From positions 38,017-102,016 of the forward strand of contig JAUIER010000016.1 in NCBI GenBank assembly GCA_030429765.1: a stretch of 64,000 bases of DNA, given 5' to 3'. The stretch comes from a bacterium. GTDB taxonomy: Bacteria > Omnitrophota > Gorgyraeia > Zapsychrales > Zapsychraceae. How positions within the stretch are numbered: the stretch's first letter is position 1; each line of letters starts with the position of its first letter. A model generated the notes under the pieces. It saw only the letters and a list, made by a program, of their open reading frames with translations, was not told where the DNA came from and ran no database searches. Shown here in pieces: positions 9,501 through 16,873 of the stretch. Made by a program: the position numbers and the translations under genes.

Positions 9501-9858
9501 AATCGGGGTCATGATCCGCAAGTACGGACTGCTTTTTGACAGTGTCCTGGATGGGTCCGGAGCCGAGGGCTTTCGTGAGAAGATGGCTGCCTTCGACTTT
9601 ATCCCTGAGGGTGTCGAAACCGATTCGGCCTTACTAGCCGGTAAACCGGATGAGGTCGGGGGGATCGATTTGAATCCCGAGACCATGAATCTTTTGGTCG
9701 ACCGCGAAGGCCAGGGCTTGGTGGTTCCAGAATGGAAACCGATACCGGGCAGCGAGCGGATCCTCGGACTTCAGCCGATCATCCTCAATGTGACGCCTGT
9801 CGTCAATCTACCGCTGATTCTGGGGCTGAAAACCGTCGACACAGAGGCCGATGGCTAA
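6577..9858 (+). CDS. Secreted multidomain protein: signal peptide, ~320-aa unassigned N-terminal domain, GT35 alpha-glucan phosphorylase-like domain, GGIDLNP tail
   Basis: RBS aggag upstream. Basic then hydrophobic N-terminus ending ALA. GT35 motifs GGLGFLTGD, FTTHTP, NGVS, RRLVAYK, EASGTS..ALNG. VGGIDLNP at 9655-9678. Confidence 0.85.
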   Translation: MSNVSKNQKFKIWAAAARLIIAMTFMLSSVMPAGMALADIDRSTLDNMNMVQPGSIVRLSEAFEPVVLKGINIRPDQPYTFDFLVDTNGHDMSDAEFEAESQKLIKYFLASLTIPEQDMWVNLSPYEANRMIPESFGQTEMGRDLLAQDYMLKQLTASLMYPEDELGQKFWSRVQDLANEQFGTHELPMKTFNKVWIVPEQARVYEHERGAVVVESYLNVMLEEDYLALEANAGRTNHGLGDVSADELVSKQDVSTRVIREIIIPEIEREVNSGETFANLRQIYNSMILAVWYKRVLKESLLGQIYMDKGRVEGIAQPSIEDNQKIYDMYVEAFKRGVYNYIKEDVDPATNQVVPRQYFSGGAVPITDQAVLVERTTAEETRAELERSQVRMLTVRMGRVPDVKQDYAVLAQDPELQQFLSEIREPSNNAFTDISLEAAIAELEGEAEGALGKGGLGFLTGDTWGAYKHLSTYRGLGVMPLYDRHYNPGSESIDWDNQPGIKPFIDQSTGEVLTFNVDFNLGSFPVQIYWVNRNGMPVFLIRSADFFGQLYPGGNAQKQQYGFLARAYVELMKKLEIAPKIVRLSEGQLVFVGTAMKNDVKHFKNNGGESVFDQAKIVFTTHTPEAAALPIFYDLDELENLVGRDLFEDIIENGRVNAAKALADMADIVNGVSEEHGSVTKVAVLPEFRNKTTAIQNGNEEATWYSGRLREHVETVGLANVTGKDLFDIGTEIKQNDLQQLLQDEFGVKFADPSRPLVGLVRRLVAYKEQQMFIPLVKWIVGDPNKDYYHDETGDYLGKGLGANLLIGGHSLDDVSPVWVREFRRLMQEEDVKGKFLYVAGTGIELRKLAVAGSDIWVSIPRPTREASGTSDGAAALNGTVNIATATGGPLSYIKHRKNGWLIDVFAGQSLDNVTLRFDQGDHDIIKEFQYEGGRQLATALRESTERLNDYTRRGNTEWLKTMRASFTASHREVSIGVMIRKYGLLFDSVLDGSGAEGFREKMAAFDFIPEGVETDSALLAGKPDEVGGIDLNPETMNLLVDREGQGLVVPEWKPIPGSERILGLQPIILNVTPVVNLPLILGLKTVDTEADG

Positions 9859-9950
9859 AAATCCATCCTTTGCTGGCGGTATGCCGCAGATATGCTATAG
9901 TTATGGGGCTGAGCGGGTTAGCCTTATCAAACCCGCTTGGTCCCGAATCA

Positions 9951-10028
9951 GGTAAACTGTCTGAAAAGACAGGGCACAAAGCTTTAGAACCTAATCTTCA
10001 AAGGGGTGAAGAATGGTCGTCAGCTGCA
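9951..10028 (+). ncRNA. c-di-GMP-I (GEMM) riboswitch
   Basis: GGTAAAC-TGTCT-GAAA-AGACAG-GGCACAAAGC...CCTAA-TCTTC..GAAGA-ATGG..AGCTGCA matches the GEMM-I layout: GAAA tetraloop stem, CAAA junction, CCTAA/ATGG tetraloop receptor. It ends a few nt before the ATG at 10034. Confidence 0.85.
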
Positions 10029-10033
10029 AACAA

Positions 10034-10393
10034 ATGAGGCATATCTGTAGTACAGTGATACTATCTTTGGCCGTTCTGGCCAGCACGGGACAGGCCGATG
10101 TTCGTCCGTTGACCGATGAGGAAATGGAGGAGATCGTCGCCGCTAACCTTCCGGTCGTTTCACCTGACAAAATCAACGCTGAGTTTTCCAGTCAAATAGC
10201 AGAGCTTGTCCAGACCATCACGGGTATCATCAATACTGGGATCAGTTCGGCGCTGGACAGCCAGGGCGGTTTAGTTCATATTAATGCCCTGAATTCCACG
10301 GCCAACGTGCAGATCAACTTTACGATCGGTGATCAACAGGCCGGGACATCCATCTACCAGTCCAATACCTATAATCCAACCAACAACCGATGA
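10034..10393 (+). CDS. Small secreted Asn/Ser/Thr/Gln-rich protein, possibly a Fap/curli-like amyloid or filament subunit
   Basis: Signal peptide MRHICSTVILSLAVLASTGQA, followed by RPLTDEEMEEIVA and a polar beta-rich C-terminus. The ORF-track start (10013) lies inside the riboswitch, so 10034 is preferred. Confidence 0.65.
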   Translation: MRHICSTVILSLAVLASTGQADVRPLTDEEMEEIVAANLPVVSPDKINAEFSSQIAELVQTITGIINTGISSALDSQGGLVHINALNSTANVQINFTIGDQQAGTSIYQSNTYNPTNNR

Positions 10394-10884
10394 ACCGACG
10401 CACACGACAGTACGCGCATTTGAGACCATTGATTCGGACAGCGGGAGATTATCTGTCTATCCTGTTTCTCGTGACGGGTATCAGTGGTTGCACGCTCAAT
10501 GAACCGCCGTATGAGTATCTGCCGGATGGTACGTTTAGTTACAAGACCGGTCCGATTCCGGTGATGGAATCGGTCAGTGATCCGAATACGTACAAGGGTT
10601 ATGTTCAAATGAAGGTCAAGTTTAAGGCCGATGAATACACGGCGAGCAATAAATTTGATCAAGGCGGCAGTGTGTTTGTGTCATTTTGGGTCGATTCAAG
10701 CGGGCATGTCGTCAAGGTCAAAGTGGTGCCTGAAAGTTCCAGCGCGCCGAAAGCATTGTACAAGCCGGCCGAACAGATCATCTACGACGCCGGGCCGTTC
10801 AAGCCCTTTCCGGAGGATATCAAATCCTCGACGCTGCAGTTTAATCTGATCATCAACTTCAAAGTTTCCGATCCCGATCAATAA
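10390..10884 (+). CDS. Lipoprotein with TonB/TolA C-terminal-like domain
   Basis: Lipobox ISGC. TonB_C-type pattern GSVFVSFWVDSSGHVVKVKV...SS..ALYKPAEQII..AGPFKPFP. ATGA overlap with the upstream gene. Confidence 0.7.
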   Translation: MNRRTRQYAHLRPLIRTAGDYLSILFLVTGISGCTLNEPPYEYLPDGTFSYKTGPIPVMESVSDPNTYKGYVQMKVKFKADEYTASNKFDQGGSVFVSFWVDSSGHVVKVKVVPESSSAPKALYKPAEQIIYDAGPFKPFPEDIKSSTLQFNLIINFKVSDPDQ

Positions 10885-10926
10885 AGAGCTTTTGGTCACG
10901 CCTGATTTGTGTATAATAGTAGGCCT

Positions 10927-12936
10927 ATGCGAACAATTCTCTGCCGTTATACAAGTCTGTTGATCCTTTCGGTTGTTGTCGTTGCCTGCGGCCAAACACC
11001 GCCGCCCCGATCGGCCGAACCTGTGGTCAGTTCCAAAATTTCATTGATGGATGAATGGCTCAAGGGGTACGAGCTGCCCGAACCAAGTTTTGAAATACAG
11101 AACCCGGGTAAGCCTGACGTATTGGATTATTCGGAATACGGCGAGTTTATCAATTTAGGGAAGAAGGGATACAAATTCAAGATCAAGGATCGTGACCGGC
11201 TAAAACAGGATATCGGACAGGGGATTTATCCCAACCAAAACGGTGTGCGTCAGGATGAGAATTTCAAGGCCATGTCGGAGCAAGGATTGATGAAGGAATC
11301 GCATTGGGATCTGCTCAAACATGAAAACGCGCAGCTGGCCTTCTACAAGTGGGCTACCGTTGGTGATGATCCCGGCGTTAAAGCGTTTTTTACCGGTCAA
11401 ATCCTGGAGCGGTCGGGCCATATCCTGCATGCGATCAAATCTTACTACGCGGCCGTCGTGCATTTTCCGAAATCAGCGGCCTGGGCGGCCGATGGGAGTT
11501 TTGTATGGTACATCGCGCCGGCGGCCATGGGATCCATCAAACGTCTGTGCCGCGATTATCCGGACCTGAATTTAGAATACCTGGACTATATGTTTTCCAT
11601 TGAAAACGGCGGGGATACCAACCTGGGCAATGATATTGTCGCGGTGCACCCCGGACGCTTTATCCAGAAAACATTTGACGAAAAATTGGCGGACAGGCCT
11701 GACTTTGATTCGCTCAAGATTGTTGAGCGGCGCGGGGACGGCAAGGTCCAGTTGGTCAAGTATGAAAACGGCCACTGGCAAATGCTCGTCGACAATAAAC
11801 CGTTTATGGTGCGGGGGGTTACTTATGGGCCGACTCAGATCGGGTTGGGACCGTTGGATGATTTTCATTATGATGTCCGCTGGATGCGTTCCGATGTGAA
11901 CGGAAACGGGATTGTTGATGCGCCCTATGAGGCGTGGGTGGACAAAAATCAGAACGGTGTTCAGGATGCGGATGAGCCGGCTGTCGGAGATTTTCAGCTG
12001 ATGAAGGACATGGGAGTCAACGCGATTCGATATTACATCACCAACGGCACGCGGACGGAGTATGATCCCGACCTGATCAACAAGGAATTGTTGCGCGATA
12101 TGTATGAGACATACGGGATTCGCCTGATCGCCGGCGATTTTTTGGGGGCGTACACCGTCGGATCAGGGGCAGATTGGGAGGCCGGTACGGATTACACGGA
12201 TCCCAAGCAGTTGAAATTCATGAAGGAAATCGTCCGTCAAAAGGTTCTGGATCTCAAGGATGAACCCTTTCTGTTGATGTGGCTGCTGGGTAATGAGAAT
12301 AATATGGGTAGCGGCAATCGCGGTGTTAATGCCACCCGCACGCTGGCCGACAAACAGCCCGAGGCCTATGCCAAGTTCCTCAATGAAGTCGCGGAAATGA
12401 TCCATGAGCTCGATCCGGACCATCCCGTTGCGATCGGTAATTTGGGTACAGGCCTGCTGGAGTATTATGGTAAGTATTCGCCGGCCATTGACATCATGGG
12501 CGTTAATGCGTACATGGGCGGTGGTGGTTTCGGTATCATGTGGGACGAGGTCAAGCGCGTGTTTGACCGTCCGGTGATGGTCACGGAGTATGGCGTGGAT
12601 GCGTTTGATGAGAACTTGAAGGATACAAATGAGACCGCGCAAAGCGAGTACCACTATGGCAACCTCAGGGATATCGTGATCAATCAGGCCGGCGGCATTT
12701 ACGCGGGCAATTCCATCGGCGGGATCATTTTTGAATATCTCGACGAGTGGTGGAAGGATACACATGGTCATCCGGTGACCGAGCAGCAACGCGAACCTCA
12801 ATATCCATCCGCGGCCTTCGACGGGTACAATCACGAAGAGTGGTTCGGGATCGTCGGGCAGGGGACGGGACGGCACAGTCCGTTTGAACGCCATCTGCGC
12901 GAAACATACTTTATGTACCAAAAGTACTGGCAATAA
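10927..12936 (+). CDS. Lipoprotein with clan GH-A TIM-barrel glycoside hydrolase domain (GH2-like)
   Basis: Lipobox VVAC. Motifs RGVTY, MGVNAIRYY, WLLGNENN (acid/base), VTEYG (nucleophile), FEYLDEWWK, EEWFGI. Ca-binding-like loops DVNGNGIVD and DKNQNGVQD. Confidence 0.8.
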   Translation: MRTILCRYTSLLILSVVVVACGQTPPPRSAEPVVSSKISLMDEWLKGYELPEPSFEIQNPGKPDVLDYSEYGEFINLGKKGYKFKIKDRDRLKQDIGQGIYPNQNGVRQDENFKAMSEQGLMKESHWDLLKHENAQLAFYKWATVGDDPGVKAFFTGQILERSGHILHAIKSYYAAVVHFPKSAAWAADGSFVWYIAPAAMGSIKRLCRDYPDLNLEYLDYMFSIENGGDTNLGNDIVAVHPGRFIQKTFDEKLADRPDFDSLKIVERRGDGKVQLVKYENGHWQMLVDNKPFMVRGVTYGPTQIGLGPLDDFHYDVRWMRSDVNGNGIVDAPYEAWVDKNQNGVQDADEPAVGDFQLMKDMGVNAIRYYITNGTRTEYDPDLINKELLRDMYETYGIRLIAGDFLGAYTVGSGADWEAGTDYTDPKQLKFMKEIVRQKVLDLKDEPFLLMWLLGNENNMGSGNRGVNATRTLADKQPEAYAKFLNEVAEMIHELDPDHPVAIGNLGTGLLEYYGKYSPAIDIMGVNAYMGGGGFGIMWDEVKRVFDRPVMVTEYGVDAFDENLKDTNETAQSEYHYGNLRDIVINQAGGIYAGNSIGGIIFEYLDEWWKDTHGHPVTEQQREPQYPSAAFDGYNHEEWFGIVGQGTGRHSPFERHLRETYFMYQKYWQ

Positions 12937-12977
12937 TTTTTGACGATATCGATTTCCTGCCTATTCTCCGATCTTCT

Positions 12978-13931
12978 ATGAACATGACCCCCGAGAAAAT
13001 TGAGCATCATGCCACCTTGTTGTGTAATCGTGTCAAGAAGCGATACGCGCATTTGCGCAAACGTTTTGCCCGACGACAAATCGACTGTTTTCGTCTGTAC
13101 GATTGGGATATTCCCGAAGTGCGGGCGGTCGTGGATTGGTACGCGGGGCATCTGGTCGTGGCCGAGTATGTGCGGACACAAACCGGTCCTGACTGGCTTC
13201 CGGCGATGGCTGCGGCGTTGTCCAAGGCTATGGAGATTTCCTCAGATCGGGTTCACATCAAGCGACGTCAAACCAAGTCAGGATCCGGACTGCGGTATTC
13301 ACGGCTCGCCGAGACCAATCAGCGTTTCATTGTTCACGAGCGCGATCTTAAGTTTTGGATCAACTGCGAAGATTTTCTGGACACGGGATTGTTTTCGGAT
13401 CATCGGGACACGCGTCTGATGGTGCAGGATCTCGCGGAAGGTAAACGATTTTTAAACCTATTCGCCTACACCGGCGCCTTCACATGCGCCGCTGCCTCGG
13501 GAGGTGCGGTAAACTGCACCACTGTCGATCGATCGGATACGTACATTTCCTGGGCCAAGGATAATCTGGTCTTGAACGGCTTGTGGAACGATGCCCACGA
13601 TTTGGTGCAGTCCGATGTCTTTGAGTTTCTGCGGCAGCAGCGTAAATTGGCGAAACGCTACGATCTATGCGTGGTTGACCCGCCGTCGTTTTTCAGGGAC
13701 GATAAGCGGAATGTGAATTTTGATGTCAATAAGGACCATATCCGCTTGCTGGAAAACGTGATCAAGGTGATGGATCAGGGGGGAATAGTCTTTTTTTCAA
13801 CCAATCACCAAAAGTTCAAATCCCGTCTTCGCCGGCTGGATGTTGCCCAGATGATGGAACTGACGCCAAAGTCTATCCCCGAGGATTATCGGAATCGGCA
13901 GATTCATCGGTGTTGGAAGATTACTGTTTAG
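12978..13931 (+). CDS. RlmK/RlmI-family SAM-dependent rRNA methyltransferase
   Basis: Motifs RLYDWDIPE, LDTGLFSDHR, LNLFAYTG, VVDPPSF, FSTN, IHRCW resemble the RlmK half of RlmKL. Confidence 0.88.
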   Translation: MNMTPEKIEHHATLLCNRVKKRYAHLRKRFARRQIDCFRLYDWDIPEVRAVVDWYAGHLVVAEYVRTQTGPDWLPAMAAALSKAMEISSDRVHIKRRQTKSGSGLRYSRLAETNQRFIVHERDLKFWINCEDFLDTGLFSDHRDTRLMVQDLAEGKRFLNLFAYTGAFTCAAASGGAVNCTTVDRSDTYISWAKDNLVLNGLWNDAHDLVQSDVFEFLRQQRKLAKRYDLCVVDPPSFFRDDKRNVNFDVNKDHIRLLENVIKVMDQGGIVFFSTNHQKFKSRLRRLDVAQMMELTPKSIPEDYRNRQIHRCWKITV

Positions 13932-14003
13932 CGGGGCAGGATTCTCGTCGGGGATCTTTTATGCCTAATTTTTAGGCATCGCGAAATCATCGCAAAAAAG
14001 TGC

Positions 14004-14031
14004 TTGTACGACGCATATATATATGTATAAT
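14004..14031 (+). promoter_or_regulatory. Sigma70-type promoter for the PEP-CTERM gene
   Basis: TTGTAC-16 nt-TATAAT. Confidence 0.55.
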
Positions 14032-14183
14032 GTAATCTCGTGCAGATGACTTCTTCTGCCGAGTGAGCATTTCGGGGGGAAATGCGTCCATCAAATACTC
14101 GGAGTCAATATATAGGCACTCACTGAAGTGAGGCCAAACGGATCTTCAAACACAATCAAAAACCAACTTCTTAGGAGGAAGAA

Positions 14184-15029
14184 ATGAAGAAATTGCCATT
14201 TTTTATGGTCCTAAGTCTAGTTATGGGGCTAGCAGCAACACAAGCTAGCGCGCAGCCTTATGCTGGACCAGTGGCGGCAGACAGTTGTGAAACCGAGGCG
14301 GGAAGTGCTGCCGGAGTTGCCACACCTTGTCAACCTGAACCAAACCAGAATGTCTACCAAGCTATCGAAAAAATTCTAGCCGAAGCGGGAGCTCCGTCGT
14401 TAGGATTGGATTCGAATGCCGATACAGACAATCTGCAGATTCTAGATAACGGATATTGGGATGTTCTAGGCGGCGGTGATCCATCAAACGTTGCGGTTAT
14501 CGCCATCGGAGCAGCCAACACAAACACATTGGGTGTTTATCCTTTCGGAAACCCGGCGGGTGTTGTTGATATCGTCCCTGCGCAAACTGGATTCCAGTTT
14601 TTAGGCGACGGAACAGCCGGTAACCCATACCCAGGTGGAACGATTAACCTAGCGACAAATTTCGGTTTCTCGCTAAGAAGTAACTTCGGATCAGGTGAAG
14701 ATATCTGGTATTCAGATCCAACACTAAACTCCGATGGTATCGATCACATGATGGCGTTCGCACTACCTTCACTTGACGGGACATCACTATTCATCGACCT
14801 AAACGGAACACCAACTGAAATTACTTTCGGTACCGGTACAGTTCTATTGGGTTGGGAAGATGTTTCAATGGGAGTTAGCTCTTCATCAGACTACGATTAC
14901 AACGATACGCTTTTCCTAATCTCAAACCTTGATAATCCAACGAATGTTGTTCCAGAGCCGCTATCAATGGTTCTTTTCGGAACAGGACTAGCTGGAATGG
15001 CCGGGTTGAGACGTCGAAAAGTTGCCTAA
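14184..15029 (+). CDS. PEP-CTERM surface protein with DUF4114-like domain
   Basis: Signal peptide and RBS aggagg. DUF4114-like GWEDV...DYDYND. C-terminal VPEPLSMVLFGTGLAGMAGLRRRK. Confidence 0.92.
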   Translation: MKKLPFFMVLSLVMGLAATQASAQPYAGPVAADSCETEAGSAAGVATPCQPEPNQNVYQAIEKILAEAGAPSLGLDSNADTDNLQILDNGYWDVLGGGDPSNVAVIAIGAANTNTLGVYPFGNPAGVVDIVPAQTGFQFLGDGTAGNPYPGGTINLATNFGFSLRSNFGSGEDIWYSDPTLNSDGIDHMMAFALPSLDGTSLFIDLNGTPTEITFGTGTVLLGWEDVSMGVSSSSDYDYNDTLFLISNLDNPTNVVPEPLSMVLFGTGLAGMAGLRRRKVA

Positions 15030-15061
15030 TAAGCATCACATTACGTTTGAAGAATTCAAGG

Positions 15062-15098
15062 TCGGGAAAGGGAGCGAATCCCTTTCCCGATTTTTTTT
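15062..15098 (+). terminator. Rho-independent terminator
   Basis: Stem TCGGGAAAGGGA / TCCCTTTCCCGA followed by T8. Confidence 0.9.
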
Positions 15099-15202
15099 GA
15101 ATTGAAATTAGGGTGGGATCAGTGTGTGTTTTGTGGTAAACTTGTGTAGGTCAATCGTTGATTAACCACAAAGGCTTCAAGCCCCTACCAGAAAGAGGTA
15201 TC

Positions 15203-15595
15203 ATGCAAAATCCATTAGAAATTACTTTTCACGATATAGGTCACGATCCTGTTCTGGAAAATCTAGTTCAGGAAAAATACGAAAAGTTAAGGGGAGTGGC
15301 TCCCAATGTGACCAAATGTCACGTTATTCTTGAAAAATTGAGTAAGCATCACCATACCGCCAACGCCTGTTGCGTTCGGATGGATCTTAAAATTCCTCAT
15401 TTTGACGACATCGTCATTGCTGAAAAATGTGAAGAAGGCGAGGCTTCATTGTCTTCAACTATTATCAAGGTTTTTAAGCGCGGTTCGCGTCTGATGAAAA
15501 AAGATATGCAGCGCCGCACGGACCGTCACCGCGTCCCACGTCCTGATAAGTTTGAAGTTGGATCGCGGTCAGACGCGGCGGGTGAAGACGAGTAG
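15203..15595 (+). CDS. HPF/RaiA (S30EA) family ribosome-associated protein
   Basis: MQNPLEITFH...CHVILEK..HH...VRMDLKIP. RBS gaggt before ATG 15203. Confidence 0.75.
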   Translation: MQNPLEITFHDIGHDPVLENLVQEKYEKLRGVAPNVTKCHVILEKLSKHHHTANACCVRMDLKIPHFDDIVIAEKCEEGEASLSSTIIKVFKRGSRLMKKDMQRRTDRHRVPRPDKFEVGSRSDAAGEDE

Positions 15596-15807
15596 TCTTC
15601 AGCCTTATCTCAGCATTCAAAATCAACTTAAAATATCCAGATGTGAATGTCGGGTGTCACTCAATGTGATGGCCCGATATTCACATTTGTATTTTTTTGC
15701 GCTGTCCCGGACAGCGTCGGACAGGCCGGTTCTGACATCTTGATTAATGCTGAATCCTCCTTAAATTAGAAGGTAACAACTAACTTCTAACAAGGTGAGA
15801 TTCAGCT

Positions 15808-16353
15808 ATGAAAATTCAACTCAGTTTCCTCATTGCATTTGCAGTCATCTGCGCAGGCTCGACATCCGTCGATGCCTCAACATCCTTTTACGGATACGAT
15901 TACCACTACAATCTCAAAAAGAATCGCGACTATCACAAGATTATGCATGGCTATGCGCCGTATTATTTTTCGGACTCCGCACGATCCAGATATTCGTACA
16001 CGGCTGAAGAAAAAGGGCACTACATCGATGGTCGTACGGACAAGGAGTGGCCATTCTCTGAAAAAGCCTATGAGTTAAGTGAAACTTGGAGCGATGATTC
16101 AGATGGTGTGCTGATGTCAGTTCCATCCGATGAGTATGTCTCTAAGCTCAGTAAAGAGGTCAATCAGGCATTCGCTCTGGCCAAGCAGAAGAAGGTGACA
16201 CCGCGTGTCAATGAAATGCGAGATATCGATCAAGTGATCCAGCGACACAAGTGGACGTTTGAATCGTTGATTATGCGTAAGGCTGTCAAGGAAGGTCGCA
16301 GCGAGGTCAAGGCCGATACGATCGACTATGACCGACTTTTCCAAGTCAAGTAA
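15808..16353 (+). CDS. Hypothetical secreted protein, Tyr-rich N-terminal region
   Basis: Signal peptide ending VDA, 181-aa ORF. Confidence 0.6.
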   Translation: MKIQLSFLIAFAVICAGSTSVDASTSFYGYDYHYNLKKNRDYHKIMHGYAPYYFSDSARSRYSYTAEEKGHYIDGRTDKEWPFSEKAYELSETWSDDSDGVLMSVPSDEYVSKLSKEVNQAFALAKQKKVTPRVNEMRDIDQVIQRHKWTFESLIMRKAVKEGRSEVKADTIDYDRLFQVK

Positions 16354-16465
16354 ACGTTAATCTTACACTTCAGATTTTCTCAGATTTTTGCGGACATTCT
16401 ATTTTTTTGTCGGTATGATAATAGGTAAGTTGAGTTATTATACTTTCAAAACAAAAGGATAGAGT

Positions 16466-16873
16466 ATGCCTGAATTGAATAATTATTCGCCTGAAGAAAA
16501 AGTCCAGATGGAGGCGTGGCTCGTCAGTGTGCTGCAAAAGTGCAAAAACGCCCAGCTTCAGATCAGCGAGAAACGGAATTATACCTTTGAGCGGGTAGAG
16601 TTGGTTGTCTATCGCAATGATATTGACGAATGGAAACGTATTTTTGCCGAAGATTACGGCGGGATTCGTAAGGATGAAGGGGCAACCCCGACGGAAGAGG
16701 ATATGGCGATCACCAAGTCCTATGGCGGGGTCAATGAAATGCAGACCCTTTTCGTCAAGGAATTAGAAAGTTTTACGGCGATCGCGATGTTTTGGCCGTG
16801 GGGTGATGATCTGAGTATGACCGTTCATATGGGATTTGTGTTTCAGCGAAAGTTAGATGATTTGGGAATTTAG
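16466..16873 (+). CDS. Hypothetical protein
   Basis: 135-aa ORF with RBS aagga and normal composition. First gene of an overlapping run. Confidence 0.65.
   Translation: MPELNNYSPEEKVQMEAWLVSVLQKCKNAQLQISEKRNYTFERVELVVYRNDIDEWKRIFAEDYGGIRKDEGATPTEEDMAITKSYGGVNEMQTLFVKELESFTAIAMFWPWGDDLSMTVHMGFVFQRKLDDLGI

Noticed and set aside
12163-12933. Long antisense ORFs (256 aa here, also 1454-2128, 4697-5335, 8788-9345)
   Set aside because: They are shadows of well-supported + strand genes and have no motifs of their own.
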